NCBI GenBank assembly: GCA_050633305.1
Contig: JBOEGF010000008.1
Coordinates: 446,474-510,473 of the forward strand
Length of the DNA stretch: 64,000 bases
Direction: 5' to 3'
Source: Nannocystales bacterium
GTDB taxonomy: Bacteria; Myxococcota_A; Polyangia; Nannocystales; Nannocystaceae
Shown: positions 45,683-56,398 of the stretch, one piece after another
Layout of the letters: each line of letters begins with the position of its first letter
Numbering within the stretch: the stretch's first letter is position 1
Notes under the pieces: model-generated
Told to the model about the DNA's origin: nothing
The model's database searches: none
The model's input: only the letters and a program-made list of their open reading frames with translations
Translations under genes and position numbers: made by a program

Positions 45683-47497
45683 CTACTCGGCTGCGAACAG
45701 GTACTCGTCCATGCAGCTGCGGTCGCCGCTCTGCACCGTCTTCGCGAACGCGGTCGCGGCTGGGAGCAGGTGTGCGACGTAGAAGTCGAGGTTGGCCAGC
45801 TTGCCCTTGAGCAGGTTGGTCTCCTTGCCGCCGTCGATCATCCGCTTGGCGACTCGAGCCTGGTCGAGCGCTTCCATGCCCAACAGGACGGTGCCGAAGG
45901 CCCGCAGGAACGGAACGGCGTGCACGAAGGCGCCGTCGATGTCGCCGCCGCCGGCGACCTTGCCCAAGTGCATGGCGCATGCGCCGAGCTGGCCGATCGC
46001 CTTGCCCAGCGAAGCCGTCTGCTCGGTGAAGCCTTCTTCGGCGCCCGCTTTGAGCTCGCCCTGGGCTTCGCCCATCCACTCCATGAACAAGGCGCCGTTC
46101 TTCACGCGCATCTTGCGACCGAGAAGGTCGAGCGCCTGAATGCCGTTGGTCCCCTCGTAGACGGCCTGAATCTTGGCGTCACGCACGAGCTGCTCGACGG
46201 GGTACTCCTGGGTGTAGCCGTAGCCGCCGTAGACCTGAACCGCGGTCGAAGCCATCTCCATGGAGAGGTCGGTGAGGTGGGCCTTGAGGATCGGGATGAG
46301 CAGGTCGGCCCGCCCCTCGAGCTTGTCGCGAAGCTTCTCGTCCTCGGTCGTCTTGATCTGGTCGTCGAAGAACGCCATGCGCATGCAGGACGAACGCGAG
46401 GTCTCGGAGATGACTTTGAGCGTCATCAGCATTCGACGAACGTCGGGGTGCTTGACGATCGGGACCCGTCCATCTTCGCTGTCGCGCTGGCCGAGCTTGG
46501 TGCCCTGCACCCGCTCGCGCGCGTACTGAAGCGCGAAGGCGTATGACGCTGCCGAGGTGGCGCTGCCCTGCGCGGCGACGCCGATGCGCGCCTCGTTCAT
46601 CATCTTGAACATGTGGGAGATGCCCTCCCGCTCTTTGCCGATGAGCCAACCGCGACACGGCCGATCGGACCCGAAGGCGACGGTGCACGTGGCGGATCCG
46701 TTGATCCCCATCTTGTGCTCCAAGCCGACGACCTTCGCGCCGTTGCGCTCGCCCAGCTCGCCCGACTCGAAGTCGAACATGAACTTGGGGACGACGAACA
46801 GGCTGAGCCCCTTGGTGCCCTGCGGCGACCCGGGGGTCCGCGCGAGCACCAGGTGCACGATGTTGGAGGCGAGGTCATGGTCGCCGCCGCTGATGAAGAT
46901 CTTCTCCCCCTCGATGAGGAAGACGCCTTCCTCCCCCTCAGCGGGGACAGCCTTGGCGCGGTTGTCTCCCACGGAGCTGCCGGCACCGGACTCGGTCAGG
47001 CACATGGTCCCGCCCCACTCACCCGTGAACAGCTTGGTGGCGACGATCTCGCTGTACTTGTCGTCCCCAAACGCTGCGACGACGCGTGCAGCGGCAGCCG
47101 AGAGGCCCGGGTACATCATGAATGCGGTGGCAGCGGAGACGAAGAACTCCAGGGTTCCCATCTCGACGGCCTTGGGCAAGCCGACGCCGCCCAGGTCGGG
47201 GTGGGCCGACGGAGCGACCCACCCGCCCTCGGCCAAGGTGTTCCAAGCGTGCTGGAATCCCTTGGGGGTCGTGACGTTGCCCTCGTCGTCAAGCGTGCAG
47301 CCCTGACGGTCTCCGACCGCGTTGATCGGGCTGAGCACCTCTTCTGCCACCTTCTTCGCCTCGGCGAACGTCTGCTTGTACGTGTCGACGTCGATATCGG
47401 CGTATTGTGGGGTGGCGCCCAGCTTGTCTGCGACCTGTAGCTGGTCGAAGAACACGAACTCCATGTCGTCGATATCAACTTTGAACGGCGTACTCAT
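45683..47497 (-). CDS. Acyl-CoA dehydrogenase (long, about 600-aa type)
   Basis: GTMCLTE, GEKIFISGG, EHKMGINGSATC, MMNEARIGV, QVYGGYGY, YEGTNGIQALDL. Confidence 0.95.
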   Translation of the reverse strand: MSTPFKVDIDDMEFVFFDQLQVADKLGATPQYADIDVDTYKQTFAEAKKVAEEVLSPINAVGDRQGCTLDDEGNVTTPKGFQHAWNTLAEGGWVAPSAHPDLGGVGLPKAVEMGTLEFFVSAATAFMMYPGLSAAAARVVAAFGDDKYSEIVATKLFTGEWGGTMCLTESGAGSSVGDNRAKAVPAEGEEGVFLIEGEKIFISGGDHDLASNIVHLVLARTPGSPQGTKGLSLFVVPKFMFDFESGELGERNGAKVVGLEHKMGINGSATCTVAFGSDRPCRGWLIGKEREGISHMFKMMNEARIGVAAQGSATSAASYAFALQYARERVQGTKLGQRDSEDGRVPIVKHPDVRRMLMTLKVISETSRSSCMRMAFFDDQIKTTEDEKLRDKLEGRADLLIPILKAHLTDLSMEMASTAVQVYGGYGYTQEYPVEQLVRDAKIQAVYEGTNGIQALDLLGRKMRVKNGALFMEWMGEAQGELKAGAEEGFTEQTASLGKAIGQLGACAMHLGKVAGGGDIDGAFVHAVPFLRAFGTVLLGMEALDQARVAKRMIDGGKETNLLKGKLANLDFYVAHLLPAATAFAKTVQSGDRSCMDEYLFAAE

Positions 47498-47556
47498 GAC
47501 TCTTCGCCAGTCTATAAGGCTTTCGAACAAGGGCCACAACACCCTCTGAGCCTCCC

Positions 47557-48906
47557 GTGCAGCATTGGAACGCAGGCATCGTCGTCAATCTGCTGGTCGT
47601 GGCCGTTCTGCTGGCTCTGGCGGCGGGACTGCGAAATCGCATTGCCCCCCTGCGCCGGCTGGGCATTCCGGACTGCATCATCGCAGGGACGATCGGGCTG
47701 GCCTTCGGGCCCTCCGCGCTGGACATCGTCCCACTTTCGATTCCGGACCTCGAACTGCTCGTCTACCACGGGTTTGCGCTGGTCTTCATCGCGGTCGGAC
47801 TCCAAAGAACCGCGGAAGGAACGCGACCCGGCGGAGCGCGGTCGGTCGCGGTCGCGATCCCGACCGTGTCGGTCATTCAGGTCACGATCGGCCTGCTGGT
47901 TGTGGGGGCCTGGGAGCTGTGGGGAGGAATCCATCCAGGCTTCTCGCTTCTGCCGATGCTGGGGTTCTCGCAGGGGCCGGGCCAGGCGCTTTCCTTGGGC
48001 GGCGCTTGGGAGGCACAGGGATTCGTCGACGGTGCTCAACTGGGCCTGACCTTTGCTGCCGCAGGGTTTGCGACGTGCATTCTGCTGGGTGTGCCCACGG
48101 TCGCCTGGGCCCGGCGAGCAGGCTGGGTCTCGAGCCAGCGCGCCACCGCACCGCCCGAAGTCCCCATCACCGCGCAAACCCAACAGGGTGCGATGGAGCC
48201 GCTGAGCGGTTCGCTCGTGGCGATCGGGGTCATCTACGCAGCGGTCTTCTGCTTCATCTCAGCGCTTGTCCTCGTACTCCCCGAGAGCCTGGTTCCCACC
48301 GCCTGGGGATTCCACTTCATCATCGGAGCCTTGTTCGCGCTGGCGGTCCGCCGAGGCGCGCGTGCCATTGGGCGCGAATCATGGTTTCACGATCGCTTGC
48401 TCGGACGCGTCGCGGTGGTCGCGGTCGACTTCACGACAACCGCCGCGTTGTGTGCCGTGCAACTCGCGGTGCTCGGCCGCTGGCTCGCGCCCGTGCTGGC
48501 GCTCTCCCTCATCATCGGCGCCCTCACCCTGGTCTTCTGCCTATGGATTGCGCGGCGGGTCTTCCCACAAGAACCCTTCGAGCACGCCATCATGATGTTC
48601 GGGATGGCCACGGGAACTCTGCCCACGGGGCTCGCACTGCTGCGCTCGGTCGACCCCGACCTCAGCGGTTCGGTCGCGCGCAACGCCACGCTGGGCGTCT
48701 CGGGCTCGGTCCCCTTCATGGCGCCGCTGTTGGTGGGGGTCGTTCCCTTCGCGGTCAGCTTGTGGCCGCAGGGCATCGGCGCGTCCATCGGCATTCCGCT
48801 GGCACTCATGCTCGCCTACGCCGCCGCCCTGGGCATCGCGTGGCGCTCCATGACCCCGGCCCGCCGGTTGCGTCCCTGGACATCGCTTTGGCCGCCAGAC
48901 CCCTGA
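47557..48906 (+). CDS. Sodium/glutamate symporter (GltS/ESS family)
   Basis: IPDCIIAG, GFSQGPGQALSLG, FGMATGTLPTGLALLRSVDP; many TM helices. Confidence 0.8.
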   Translation: MQHWNAGIVVNLLVVAVLLALAAGLRNRIAPLRRLGIPDCIIAGTIGLAFGPSALDIVPLSIPDLELLVYHGFALVFIAVGLQRTAEGTRPGGARSVAVAIPTVSVIQVTIGLLVVGAWELWGGIHPGFSLLPMLGFSQGPGQALSLGGAWEAQGFVDGAQLGLTFAAAGFATCILLGVPTVAWARRAGWVSSQRATAPPEVPITAQTQQGAMEPLSGSLVAIGVIYAAVFCFISALVLVLPESLVPTAWGFHFIIGALFALAVRRGARAIGRESWFHDRLLGRVAVVAVDFTTTAALCAVQLAVLGRWLAPVLALSLIIGALTLVFCLWIARRVFPQEPFEHAIMMFGMATGTLPTGLALLRSVDPDLSGSVARNATLGVSGSVPFMAPLLVGVVPFAVSLWPQGIGASIGIPLALMLAYAAALGIAWRSMTPARRLRPWTSLWPPDP

Positions 48907-48916
48907 TAGGCTGATC

Positions 48917-49954
48917 GTGGTGCCGGGCCGGAGTCTCACTCGACGTTCCGTCGCGGTCGCATTCGCCATCTGTACAGCGGGCTGTGGCCCCGAGATTCCG
49001 TTCACGTGGCAGGTCGTCGATGTCCTCGACCTCGGGATGAACGTGGAAGTCACGGAGTTGGGTCCGCTGGGCAATCCGCCGGAATCTCGAGACCGAGCCT
49101 TTCAGGAAGCGATGCCGCTGGACCGCATTCGGGCCTCGGTGATGGTCGCGGACACGGACGGGCCCGTCTCCGCACAAGACCTCTCGTTCGCGTGGTTCGC
49201 CTGCTCCAGCACCGCCTGCGACTCGAGCCTAGACACCCCCGCGTGCCCCGAAGAAGGCGTGGAGCTCACGGACTGCGCGCTGGGGACGGCTCCGGAGATC
49301 ACGTTTCAGTTCGCGGACCTCGACGACCCTGAAGAGAGCTTGCTGGCGCTGGCAACCGGGAGGCGCGCGATCGTCCGAGCGATCGGCGGACTGCGCGACG
49401 ACCCTGGCCCGCAGGCCTGCCTGGAGCGGCTCGAAAGCGGCTCCGACCTGGGGCGGTGCCTGATCGTGGACGGGCTCGCACCGCAGGGCTCGCTCGGCGA
49501 GCTCTTCGACCTGTACGAGAGCCGCGGAGGGGTCCTTCCAGATGACCCGCTCCTGGATCTCCAACGGCAGTTCGTCCGCAACCGCACCCCGCTGGCCTCC
49601 CAGGTTTGGCTGCGCCGTGAGGGCGCCGAGTCTGGGACCCAGGTCTTCCCCGAGCAACCGATCTCCGCCCAGGTGGATGAGGTCCTCGAGTTCGAGTGGC
49701 GAGCGTCCGAGGCCGACCTCGAGGAGGTCACCGTGGTGATCGACTCGACCGGCACAACGGTCACGAGCTTCGACACGTTCACAGACTCGTGGTGGACGAC
49801 GCAACGCGCGACGGAGTTTGACGACACGGGTCTGAGCCCGAGCGTCCGCTGGGTCGTCGGGCCCCAAACCGGAACGTTCACCCTCTATACGGTGATTCGT
49901 GACGACTCCGATGCGACCGACTGGGCAACGTTCACCGTCGAGGTCTCGGGGTGA
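48917..49954 (+). CDS. Hypothetical lipoprotein coupled to the TonB-dependent receptor
   Basis: Lipobox TAGC; C-terminal LYTVIRD..ATDW Ig-like pattern; GTGA overlap with the receptor. Confidence 0.7.
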   Translation: MVPGRSLTRRSVAVAFAICTAGCGPEIPFTWQVVDVLDLGMNVEVTELGPLGNPPESRDRAFQEAMPLDRIRASVMVADTDGPVSAQDLSFAWFACSSTACDSSLDTPACPEEGVELTDCALGTAPEITFQFADLDDPEESLLALATGRRAIVRAIGGLRDDPGPQACLERLESGSDLGRCLIVDGLAPQGSLGELFDLYESRGGVLPDDPLLDLQRQFVRNRTPLASQVWLRREGAESGTQVFPEQPISAQVDEVLEFEWRASEADLEEVTVVIDSTGTTVTSFDTFTDSWWTTQRATEFDDTGLSPSVRWVVGPQTGTFTLYTVIRDDSDATDWATFTVEVSG

Positions 49955-52305
49955 TCGTCCTGCTGGGACTCGCCCTCGCCCTTGCGGCCCCCGCCGCCCC
50001 ACCCTGTGACGTCGCCCCTTGCAGCTCGCTCACCGTGAGGCTCCGCCGGCGAGGCGACCGGGCACCGCTCGAACAAGCCACGGTCATCGCGATCCCTGCC
50101 CCGCCTCAAGCGAAACCAGGCGCCTTGGATCCGCCCCCCCCGCTTCCGCCCGACGGACCCGCGTGGCAGCGAACCGTGACCACGGATGACGACGGCGTTG
50201 CGACGCTGAAGGAGCTCCCCGACACCGGCGCTCGTTTGATCGTGATCGCGACCGGGTACGAACGCCTCGAATGGGTGGTGCTCCCCGGGGACAAGCCGCT
50301 GTCCGTGTTCGTCGACCCCCTCGACCAAGACACGTTTCGCACCGTCGTGAAGACCGACAGCGGGCCGACGCGCGCCCGTGGCCAGTCCCAGCTGCTCACC
50401 CGCGAAGAGATCAAGACGGTGCCCGGCGCCCAAGGGGACCCGCTGCGTGCGCTCCAGAACATGCCCGGAGTGGCGCGCAGCCCCTTCAACTTGGGGCTGC
50501 TGGTCCTTCGGGGCGCCTCGCCGTCCGCATCGCGCGTCTACATGGGCGGGCATGCTCTACCGCGGGCATTTCATGTGCTCTCGCTGTCGAGTGTCTTTCC
50601 AGCGGAGGTCCTCGACGACCTCCGGCTCGTCCCGGGCAACTTCGACGCGGCCTACGGCAACGCGACCGGCGGCATCGTGGAGATCGACCCCCGCGCCGGC
50701 CGACGCGACGGCATACACGGGTTCTCCGAGCTGGATATCGGCGCGGCGACCACGATGCTCGAAGGGCCGGTGGGCAAGGGCTCGTTCATCGTCTCCGCGC
50801 AGCGTGGCTACTACGACCTCGCTCTGCGCACCGCGGACAGCATCACCGAGCGCGTCACGGGCGAGCCGGGCGGCAACCTCTACCCGACCTACTACGACTA
50901 TCAAGGCCTCCTGGACTACCCCATGCGGGGCGGTTCCTGGAGCGTGCGAGTGTTTGGCTCCGGCGACAGACTCCGCACGCCACCCCCGATCCCAGGCACC
51001 CCCGACACCGGCTTCGACCTCCGCAACGGCTTTCACCGGGTGGACTTCGCGGTCCGTCAGCGTGCCGCGGGATGGCGCCTGTGGTGGACGCCATCGGTCC
51101 GATACGAGAGCGGGTCGTTCCTCGTCCGCGAGAGCACATTCCGACAGCGACGCCGCGACGCGGTCGTCTCGATGCGCACCGAGCTCTCCCGCCGCTTCAC
51201 GCCGCGCTTCTCTTGGTTGCTGGGCACCGACCTCGAAGTCGACACGTTCTCCGTCCGCCGCGAGATCCTCGAGCCCTCCCCGCTCGTGTCCGACCCCGAG
51301 TCTCCGCGTTCCCGGGGGGTTGTCTCGACGATCGGTGTGTACTCGACGGCCCCCCTCGACCTCGGCCCAGCGCATCTCGTCCTCGGCGCGCGCGGTACCG
51401 CGTTCACGGTGGAGGACGACGCAGCGTTCTCCTTCGACCCCCGTCTGAACACCAGCTTCGATGTCGGTGAGCGCTGGGTGCTGCACGCAAGCGTCGGCAA
51501 GTACTCCCAGCTGCGAAGCGACGACAACGATGTCACTGTCGACATCGCCAACTCGATTCAGCCGGCGCTGTGGTATCCGCCGGTGCTCTCCCGGTTTGAC
51601 GAGACGGTCTCCTTCGACCCTGGCGCGCAACCGCTGAGCGTACGTCAGGCCCTACACGCCAGTGTGGGGGCCGACTGGCAGATCACCGACGGGATCACGG
51701 CAGAGGCGACGGTCTTTGGGCGCGAGCAAGACAACGCCACACCGCTGTCTACCGAGGACAACGGCCACGTCCCGTACGCGACCCGGGAGCACACCCTCGG
51801 CCTGCAGACGATGCTGCGCAAACATCTCGGCGGAAACCTCTACGGCTGGGTCACCTACACATTGATGTGGTCCCAGCTTCGGTTCGTTGAGCAAGCGCCC
51901 GGCCTCGACCTGCAGAACCGACCCACCGACTTCGACCAGCGCCACAACTTCGGGCTCGTGGCGAGCTATGTCTTGCCCAACGGATGGCGTCTCGGAGGTC
52001 GCTTTCGGGTCAGTTCTGGCTACCCATACTCCCCGGTGATCGGGTCGGTGAACAGCCTGCAGACCCGCTACCCGTTGTTGGGACCGCGAAACAGCGCCCG
52101 GCTGGGGGTCTTTCATCAGCTCGACTTGCGCGTCGACAAACGGTGGACCCTCGATCGCGCGACCGTCACCGGTTACGTCGACGTTCAGAACGTCTACAAC
52201 CGAGCCAACCCGGATTCGATCTTCTACCGCTACGACTACCGGGAACCGGCGAGTTTCGTCGGTTTGCCCATCTTCCCCGCAATCGGTGTGCGCGTGGACT
52301 ACTGA
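49951..52305 (+). CDS. TonB-dependent outer-membrane receptor
   Basis: Plug PGAQGDPLRALQNMPGV..LRG..PGNFDAAYGNATGG; barrel strands DFDQRHN, QLDLRVDKRW, DVQNVYN; C-terminal aromatic residue. Confidence 0.9.
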   Translation: MIVLLGLALALAAPAAPPCDVAPCSSLTVRLRRRGDRAPLEQATVIAIPAPPQAKPGALDPPPPLPPDGPAWQRTVTTDDDGVATLKELPDTGARLIVIATGYERLEWVVLPGDKPLSVFVDPLDQDTFRTVVKTDSGPTRARGQSQLLTREEIKTVPGAQGDPLRALQNMPGVARSPFNLGLLVLRGASPSASRVYMGGHALPRAFHVLSLSSVFPAEVLDDLRLVPGNFDAAYGNATGGIVEIDPRAGRRDGIHGFSELDIGAATTMLEGPVGKGSFIVSAQRGYYDLALRTADSITERVTGEPGGNLYPTYYDYQGLLDYPMRGGSWSVRVFGSGDRLRTPPPIPGTPDTGFDLRNGFHRVDFAVRQRAAGWRLWWTPSVRYESGSFLVRESTFRQRRRDAVVSMRTELSRRFTPRFSWLLGTDLEVDTFSVRREILEPSPLVSDPESPRSRGVVSTIGVYSTAPLDLGPAHLVLGARGTAFTVEDDAAFSFDPRLNTSFDVGERWVLHASVGKYSQLRSDDNDVTVDIANSIQPALWYPPVLSRFDETVSFDPGAQPLSVRQALHASVGADWQITDGITAEATVFGREQDNATPLSTEDNGHVPYATREHTLGLQTMLRKHLGGNLYGWVTYTLMWSQLRFVEQAPGLDLQNRPTDFDQRHNFGLVASYVLPNGWRLGGRFRVSSGYPYSPVIGSVNSLQTRYPLLGPRNSARLGVFHQLDLRVDKRWTLDRATVTGYVDVQNVYNRANPDSIFYRYDYREPASFVGLPIFPAIGVRVDY

Positions 52306-52332
52306 GCTCGCGATGCTCCTATACTCCCGGCC

Positions 52333-53523
52333 ATGAGCAGCGAGGACACGCTGGTGGTCCGCCCGTCGCACCCGTCGGATCACGACGCCGTGGTCGAACT
52401 GGTCGCGCACGGGTTCGCGGCCAACCCGGACAACCTTCCGGCGACACTCGCCCTGGCAGGGCACGAGAACTGCCGTGTGGTGTGCAATGGGCCCGACATC
52501 GTCGGCTCGGCACTGCTGCTGCCGATGGGTCAGTACTTCGGCAACCGGCGAGTCTCGATGACAGGGGTCGCAGGCGTGGTCGTCGCGCCGCACTACCAGC
52601 GGCAGGGCTGCGCGACCACGCTGATGAGGAGCATCGTCGAGGAACTCAGCGGGCAAGGCGTCGCGCTGTCCACCCTGTACGCGTCCGCCCTTCCGCTGTA
52701 CCGCAAGGCAGGCTACGAGTGTTCCGGCGGACGCTTCGTCGCCCAGATCGACCCCAAGCGTCTGGGCGTCAACGAGCGCGGCGGGGTGCTGCTTCCGATG
52801 GACTCCGCGGGCGAGACGCGGGTCCGAGCGTTGTACGGGGCGCATGCGCCCGCATTTCCGGGTTTCCTCGACCGCTCGGAGTACATCTGGACCCGGCTGT
52901 TCCACCCTTGGGGAGGGCGTACACCGACCTGCGTCCTCGTCAGCCGCGAGGACGGGCAGGTCGAAGGCTACGTGTCGTACGCCAAGGAACGGGGCACGGG
53001 GTTCCAGCATCGCATCGTCGTTCAGGACATGTTCGCGAGCTCAGCTTGGGGCTACCGCCGGCTGTGGTCGTTCCTCACCGACTTGTGCACGCACGTGGTC
53101 TCCGGCCTCGAGTTCCATACCGCCCCGCATGATCCGGCCCGCATGGTCCTTCCCGACGCCCACTTCGGCGTGACGATGACCGACGCGTGGATGTTGCGAC
53201 TCATCGACATCGAAGCGGCGCTGGTCCAGCGCGGCTATCCACCCAAGGTCGACGCCACCCTGGACCTGGATGTCTACGACGACATCGTCGACGGCAACAA
53301 CGGCATGTGGCGACTCACCGTACGCGGGGGTCGCGGCGCGGTCCGCCGGGGAGGCGCAGGCGATCTCCGGACCGATGTCCGGGGGTTGGCGGCGCTGTAC
53401 TCCGGGTTTTCGAACCCCAGCGCGCTCGCGGATGCCGGGCTCATCGAGGGCACCCCCGCAGCGCTCGCCATCGCAGGCACAGTGTTCGCCGGCTCTCAGC
53501 CCTGGATGCGCGAGATGTTCTGA
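52333..53523 (+). CDS. Eis-family GNAT acetyltransferase (GNAT-GNAT-SCP2)
   Basis: GVAGVVVAPHYQRQGCA, LYA...LYRKAGYE, WMLRLIDIEAAL..RGY, LAALYSG, C-terminal PWMREMF. Confidence 0.9.
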   Translation: MSSEDTLVVRPSHPSDHDAVVELVAHGFAANPDNLPATLALAGHENCRVVCNGPDIVGSALLLPMGQYFGNRRVSMTGVAGVVVAPHYQRQGCATTLMRSIVEELSGQGVALSTLYASALPLYRKAGYECSGGRFVAQIDPKRLGVNERGGVLLPMDSAGETRVRALYGAHAPAFPGFLDRSEYIWTRLFHPWGGRTPTCVLVSREDGQVEGYVSYAKERGTGFQHRIVVQDMFASSAWGYRRLWSFLTDLCTHVVSGLEFHTAPHDPARMVLPDAHFGVTMTDAWMLRLIDIEAALVQRGYPPKVDATLDLDVYDDIVDGNNGMWRLTVRGGRGAVRRGGAGDLRTDVRGLAALYSGFSNPSALADAGLIEGTPAALAIAGTVFAGSQPWMREMF

Positions 53524-53581
53524 GGAGGCACACGCCGAGCTGCTTGCGGTGAGCCCATCGCTCTGCGATCACAGCTGCAGC

Positions 53582-56398
53582 ATGAGCTCGAACACCGTGA
53601 ACGCCCTGGCCGAAGCCGGCCAATCGATCTGGCTCGACTACATCCGGCGCAGCATGACGCGAAGCGGCGAGCTCGCGACACGCGTGGGCACAGAGGGTCT
53701 GCGTGGTGTCACCTCCAACCCGTCGATCTTTCGGGCGTCCATGGGTGGCGGAGACGAGTACGGCGATGCGCTAACCAAGCTCTCTCGCGACGGAGACCTC
53801 GACACCAAGGCCGTGTACGAGACGCTGGCCATCGAGGACATCCGCGAGGCATGCGACGCAATGCGCCCGGTGTACGACGCCACCGAACACATCGACGGGT
53901 ACGTCAGCTTCGAGGTCTCACCGAGGCTCTCGCGCGACACCGAAGGCACCATCGTCGAAGCCAAGCGGTTGTGGGGTGCGGTCGACCGCCCCAACCTGAT
54001 GATCAAGGTTCCCGGAACGGTGGAAGGCATCGTCGCCATCGAGCACCTGATCAGCGAGGGCATCAACGTCAACGTCACCCTGATCTTCGCTCGCGATGCT
54101 TACGAAGACATCGCCCAAGCCTACCTCCGCGGACTCCAGACCCGACTCGCCGCCGGGAAGCCGATCGCCGATGTCGCGTCGGTCGCGAGCTTCTTCGTCA
54201 GCCGAATTGACAGCGAGGTCGACAATCGCCTGGAGGCCGTCGGGAGCGACGAAGCCCTCGCGCTGCGCGGCACCATCGCCATCGCCAACGCCAAGGTCGC
54301 GTACCGCAGCTTCGAATCGCTGTCCCGCAGCGACGAATGGAGAGCGCTCGCCAACGCCGGTGCCCGCCCGCAGCGTCTGTTGTGGGCAAGCACCGGCACC
54401 AAGAACGCCGCGTACAGCGACGTGCTCTACATCGAGGAACTCGTCGGCCCCCAGACGGTCAACACCGTCCCCCCCAAGACGCTCGCCGCGTTCTTGGACC
54501 ACGGCAAGGTCGCCACCACGCTCACAGAGGATGTCGATCAGGCACAGGCCCGACTCGACGCGCTCGAGCGCGTCGGAGTGTCGCTGACCGATGTCACCGA
54601 CCTGCTCTTGGACAAGGGACTCGTCGCGTTCGAGGACGCCATGGACGACCTGCTCGCGACCGTAGCCTCGGCGCAACGAGGCGTTCGAGGACCCCGTCTC
54701 AACCGCACCGACGCAACCCTCTCGCCGGCCCTCGCCTCCGCCGTTTCCCAGGCGGCTGAAGCGTGGACCAAGGCCGAGAGCACGGACCGCCTGTGGAACA
54801 AGGACGCCGCCGTTTGGACCGGGGGAGACGAAGCGAAGTGGCTCGGATGGCTCGACATCATCGAAGCCCAGATTGCAGACCGCGGTCACCTGGACGCCTT
54901 TGCGGCGGATGTTCGGGCCGCGGGGTTCACCGACATCGTCCTGCTGGGCATGGGGGGTTCGAGCCTGTGCCCCGACGTGCTTGCCAAGACCTTCGCCGGC
55001 CGGGGTGACGGACCCAAGCTGAGCATCGTGGACTCCACGGTGAGCGCCCAGGTTGCGCGCATCGCCGAGCAACTCGACTTCTCCCGCACCCTGTTCATCG
55101 TCGCCTCCAAGTCCGGCTCCACCCTCGAGCCCACGGTCTTGATGGAGTTCTTCATGGGCCGCGCGAGCGAAGCACTCGGCGAGACGGCTTCGCAACACTT
55201 CGTCGCCATCACCGACCCCGGCTCCAAACTCGAAGCGTTCGCCCGCGAGAAGGCGTTCCGAACGACGCTCTATGGCCTCCCGGAAATCGGCGGACGGTTC
55301 TCTGCGTTCTCCAACTTCGGCATGGTCCCCGCCGCCGGCATGGGCATCGACACCGAGGCATTCCTGGGCGAAGCCAAGCTCATGCTCGATGCGTGCCGCG
55401 AGGCGGATGTCGCAGCCAACCCCGGCGTGAACCTGGGCCTGATCCTCGGTGCCGCCGCCGGGCAAGGTCGCAACAAACTCACCCTTCTGACCTCGCCAGC
55501 CATCTCGAGCTTTGGCGCGTGGCTCGAGCAACTCGTCGCCGAATCCACCGGCAAGCACGGCCAGGCCGTCATCCCGATCGATGGCGAGACGGCACGCACC
55601 CGCGGCAACGGCGAGGACCGCATCTTCGTCTACCTGCGCACCGCCGCAACCGCAGACCCTGCCCAAGACCGAATGGCGCAGATGTGGCGAGACGCCGGCG
55701 AGTCGGTCATCGTGCTCGAGCTCGACGACATCGATGCGCTTCCTCAGGAGCTGTTCCGGTGGCAGATCGCCACGGCCGTCGCCGGAGCGGTGATGGGCGT
55801 CGACCCCTTCGACCAGCCCGACGTCGAGGCCAGCAAGATCGAGAGCCGCAAGCTCACCGCCGCGTACGAAGAGAACGGAACGCTGCCCGAGCTCCCGGTC
55901 CGCTGGGAAGGTGATGGCGTCCGGATTCACGCGGACGACCGCAACGCTGAAGCGTTGGGCGGTGGGAGCCTCTCCGACTGGCTGCGCGCGCATCTGGGCC
56001 GACTGGAGGCGGGGGACTACTTCGCCCTGCTCGCCTACGTCGACATGAACCCCGTACACGAGGCCGAGCTGTCCGCCATCCGTAACTCGGTGCGACGCGC
56101 GAAGTCGGTCGCGACATGCCTGGGCTTCGGACCCCGGTTCCTGCACTCCACCGGGCAGGCGTACAAGGGCGGCCCCAACAGCGGGGTCTTCATCCAGATC
56201 ACCGCGGATTCGGCCAAGGCACTGCCCATTCCGGGCCGGACGGTCGACTTCGGAATCGTCGCGGCGGCGCAGGCAGCCGGCGACTTCCAGGTGCTGATCG
56301 ACCGGGAACGCCGGGCCATTCGGGTCCACCTGGGCGCCAACGTGCTCGCGGGCCTGCAACAGCTCCGGCAGGCCGTCGAAGCCGCCCTCGCGGGCTAG
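53582..56398 (+). CDS. tal-pgi: Bifunctional transaldolase / phosphoglucose isomerase
   Basis: GQSIWLD, GVTSNPSIF, MIKVPGT, ASFFVSRID, LLWASTGTK; then GMGGSSL, SKSGSTLE, IGGRFS, EQLVAESTGK, PFDQPDVEASK. Confidence 0.95.
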   Translation: MSSNTVNALAEAGQSIWLDYIRRSMTRSGELATRVGTEGLRGVTSNPSIFRASMGGGDEYGDALTKLSRDGDLDTKAVYETLAIEDIREACDAMRPVYDATEHIDGYVSFEVSPRLSRDTEGTIVEAKRLWGAVDRPNLMIKVPGTVEGIVAIEHLISEGINVNVTLIFARDAYEDIAQAYLRGLQTRLAAGKPIADVASVASFFVSRIDSEVDNRLEAVGSDEALALRGTIAIANAKVAYRSFESLSRSDEWRALANAGARPQRLLWASTGTKNAAYSDVLYIEELVGPQTVNTVPPKTLAAFLDHGKVATTLTEDVDQAQARLDALERVGVSLTDVTDLLLDKGLVAFEDAMDDLLATVASAQRGVRGPRLNRTDATLSPALASAVSQAAEAWTKAESTDRLWNKDAAVWTGGDEAKWLGWLDIIEAQIADRGHLDAFAADVRAAGFTDIVLLGMGGSSLCPDVLAKTFAGRGDGPKLSIVDSTVSAQVARIAEQLDFSRTLFIVASKSGSTLEPTVLMEFFMGRASEALGETASQHFVAITDPGSKLEAFAREKAFRTTLYGLPEIGGRFSAFSNFGMVPAAGMGIDTEAFLGEAKLMLDACREADVAANPGVNLGLILGAAAGQGRNKLTLLTSPAISSFGAWLEQLVAESTGKHGQAVIPIDGETARTRGNGEDRIFVYLRTAATADPAQDRMAQMWRDAGESVIVLELDDIDALPQELFRWQIATAVAGAVMGVDPFDQPDVEASKIESRKLTAAYEENGTLPELPVRWEGDGVRIHADDRNAEALGGGSLSDWLRAHLGRLEAGDYFALLAYVDMNPVHEAELSAIRNSVRRAKSVATCLGFGPRFLHSTGQAYKGGPNSGVFIQITADSAKALPIPGRTVDFGIVAAAQAAGDFQVLIDRERRAIRVHLGANVLAGLQQLRQAVEAALAG

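Noticed and set aside
53270..53581. N-terminal extensions given by the ORF track (tal-pgi, glk, ORF 14424-16454 and others)
   Set aside because: They overlap neighbouring genes or precede the point where family similarity or the signal peptide begins.
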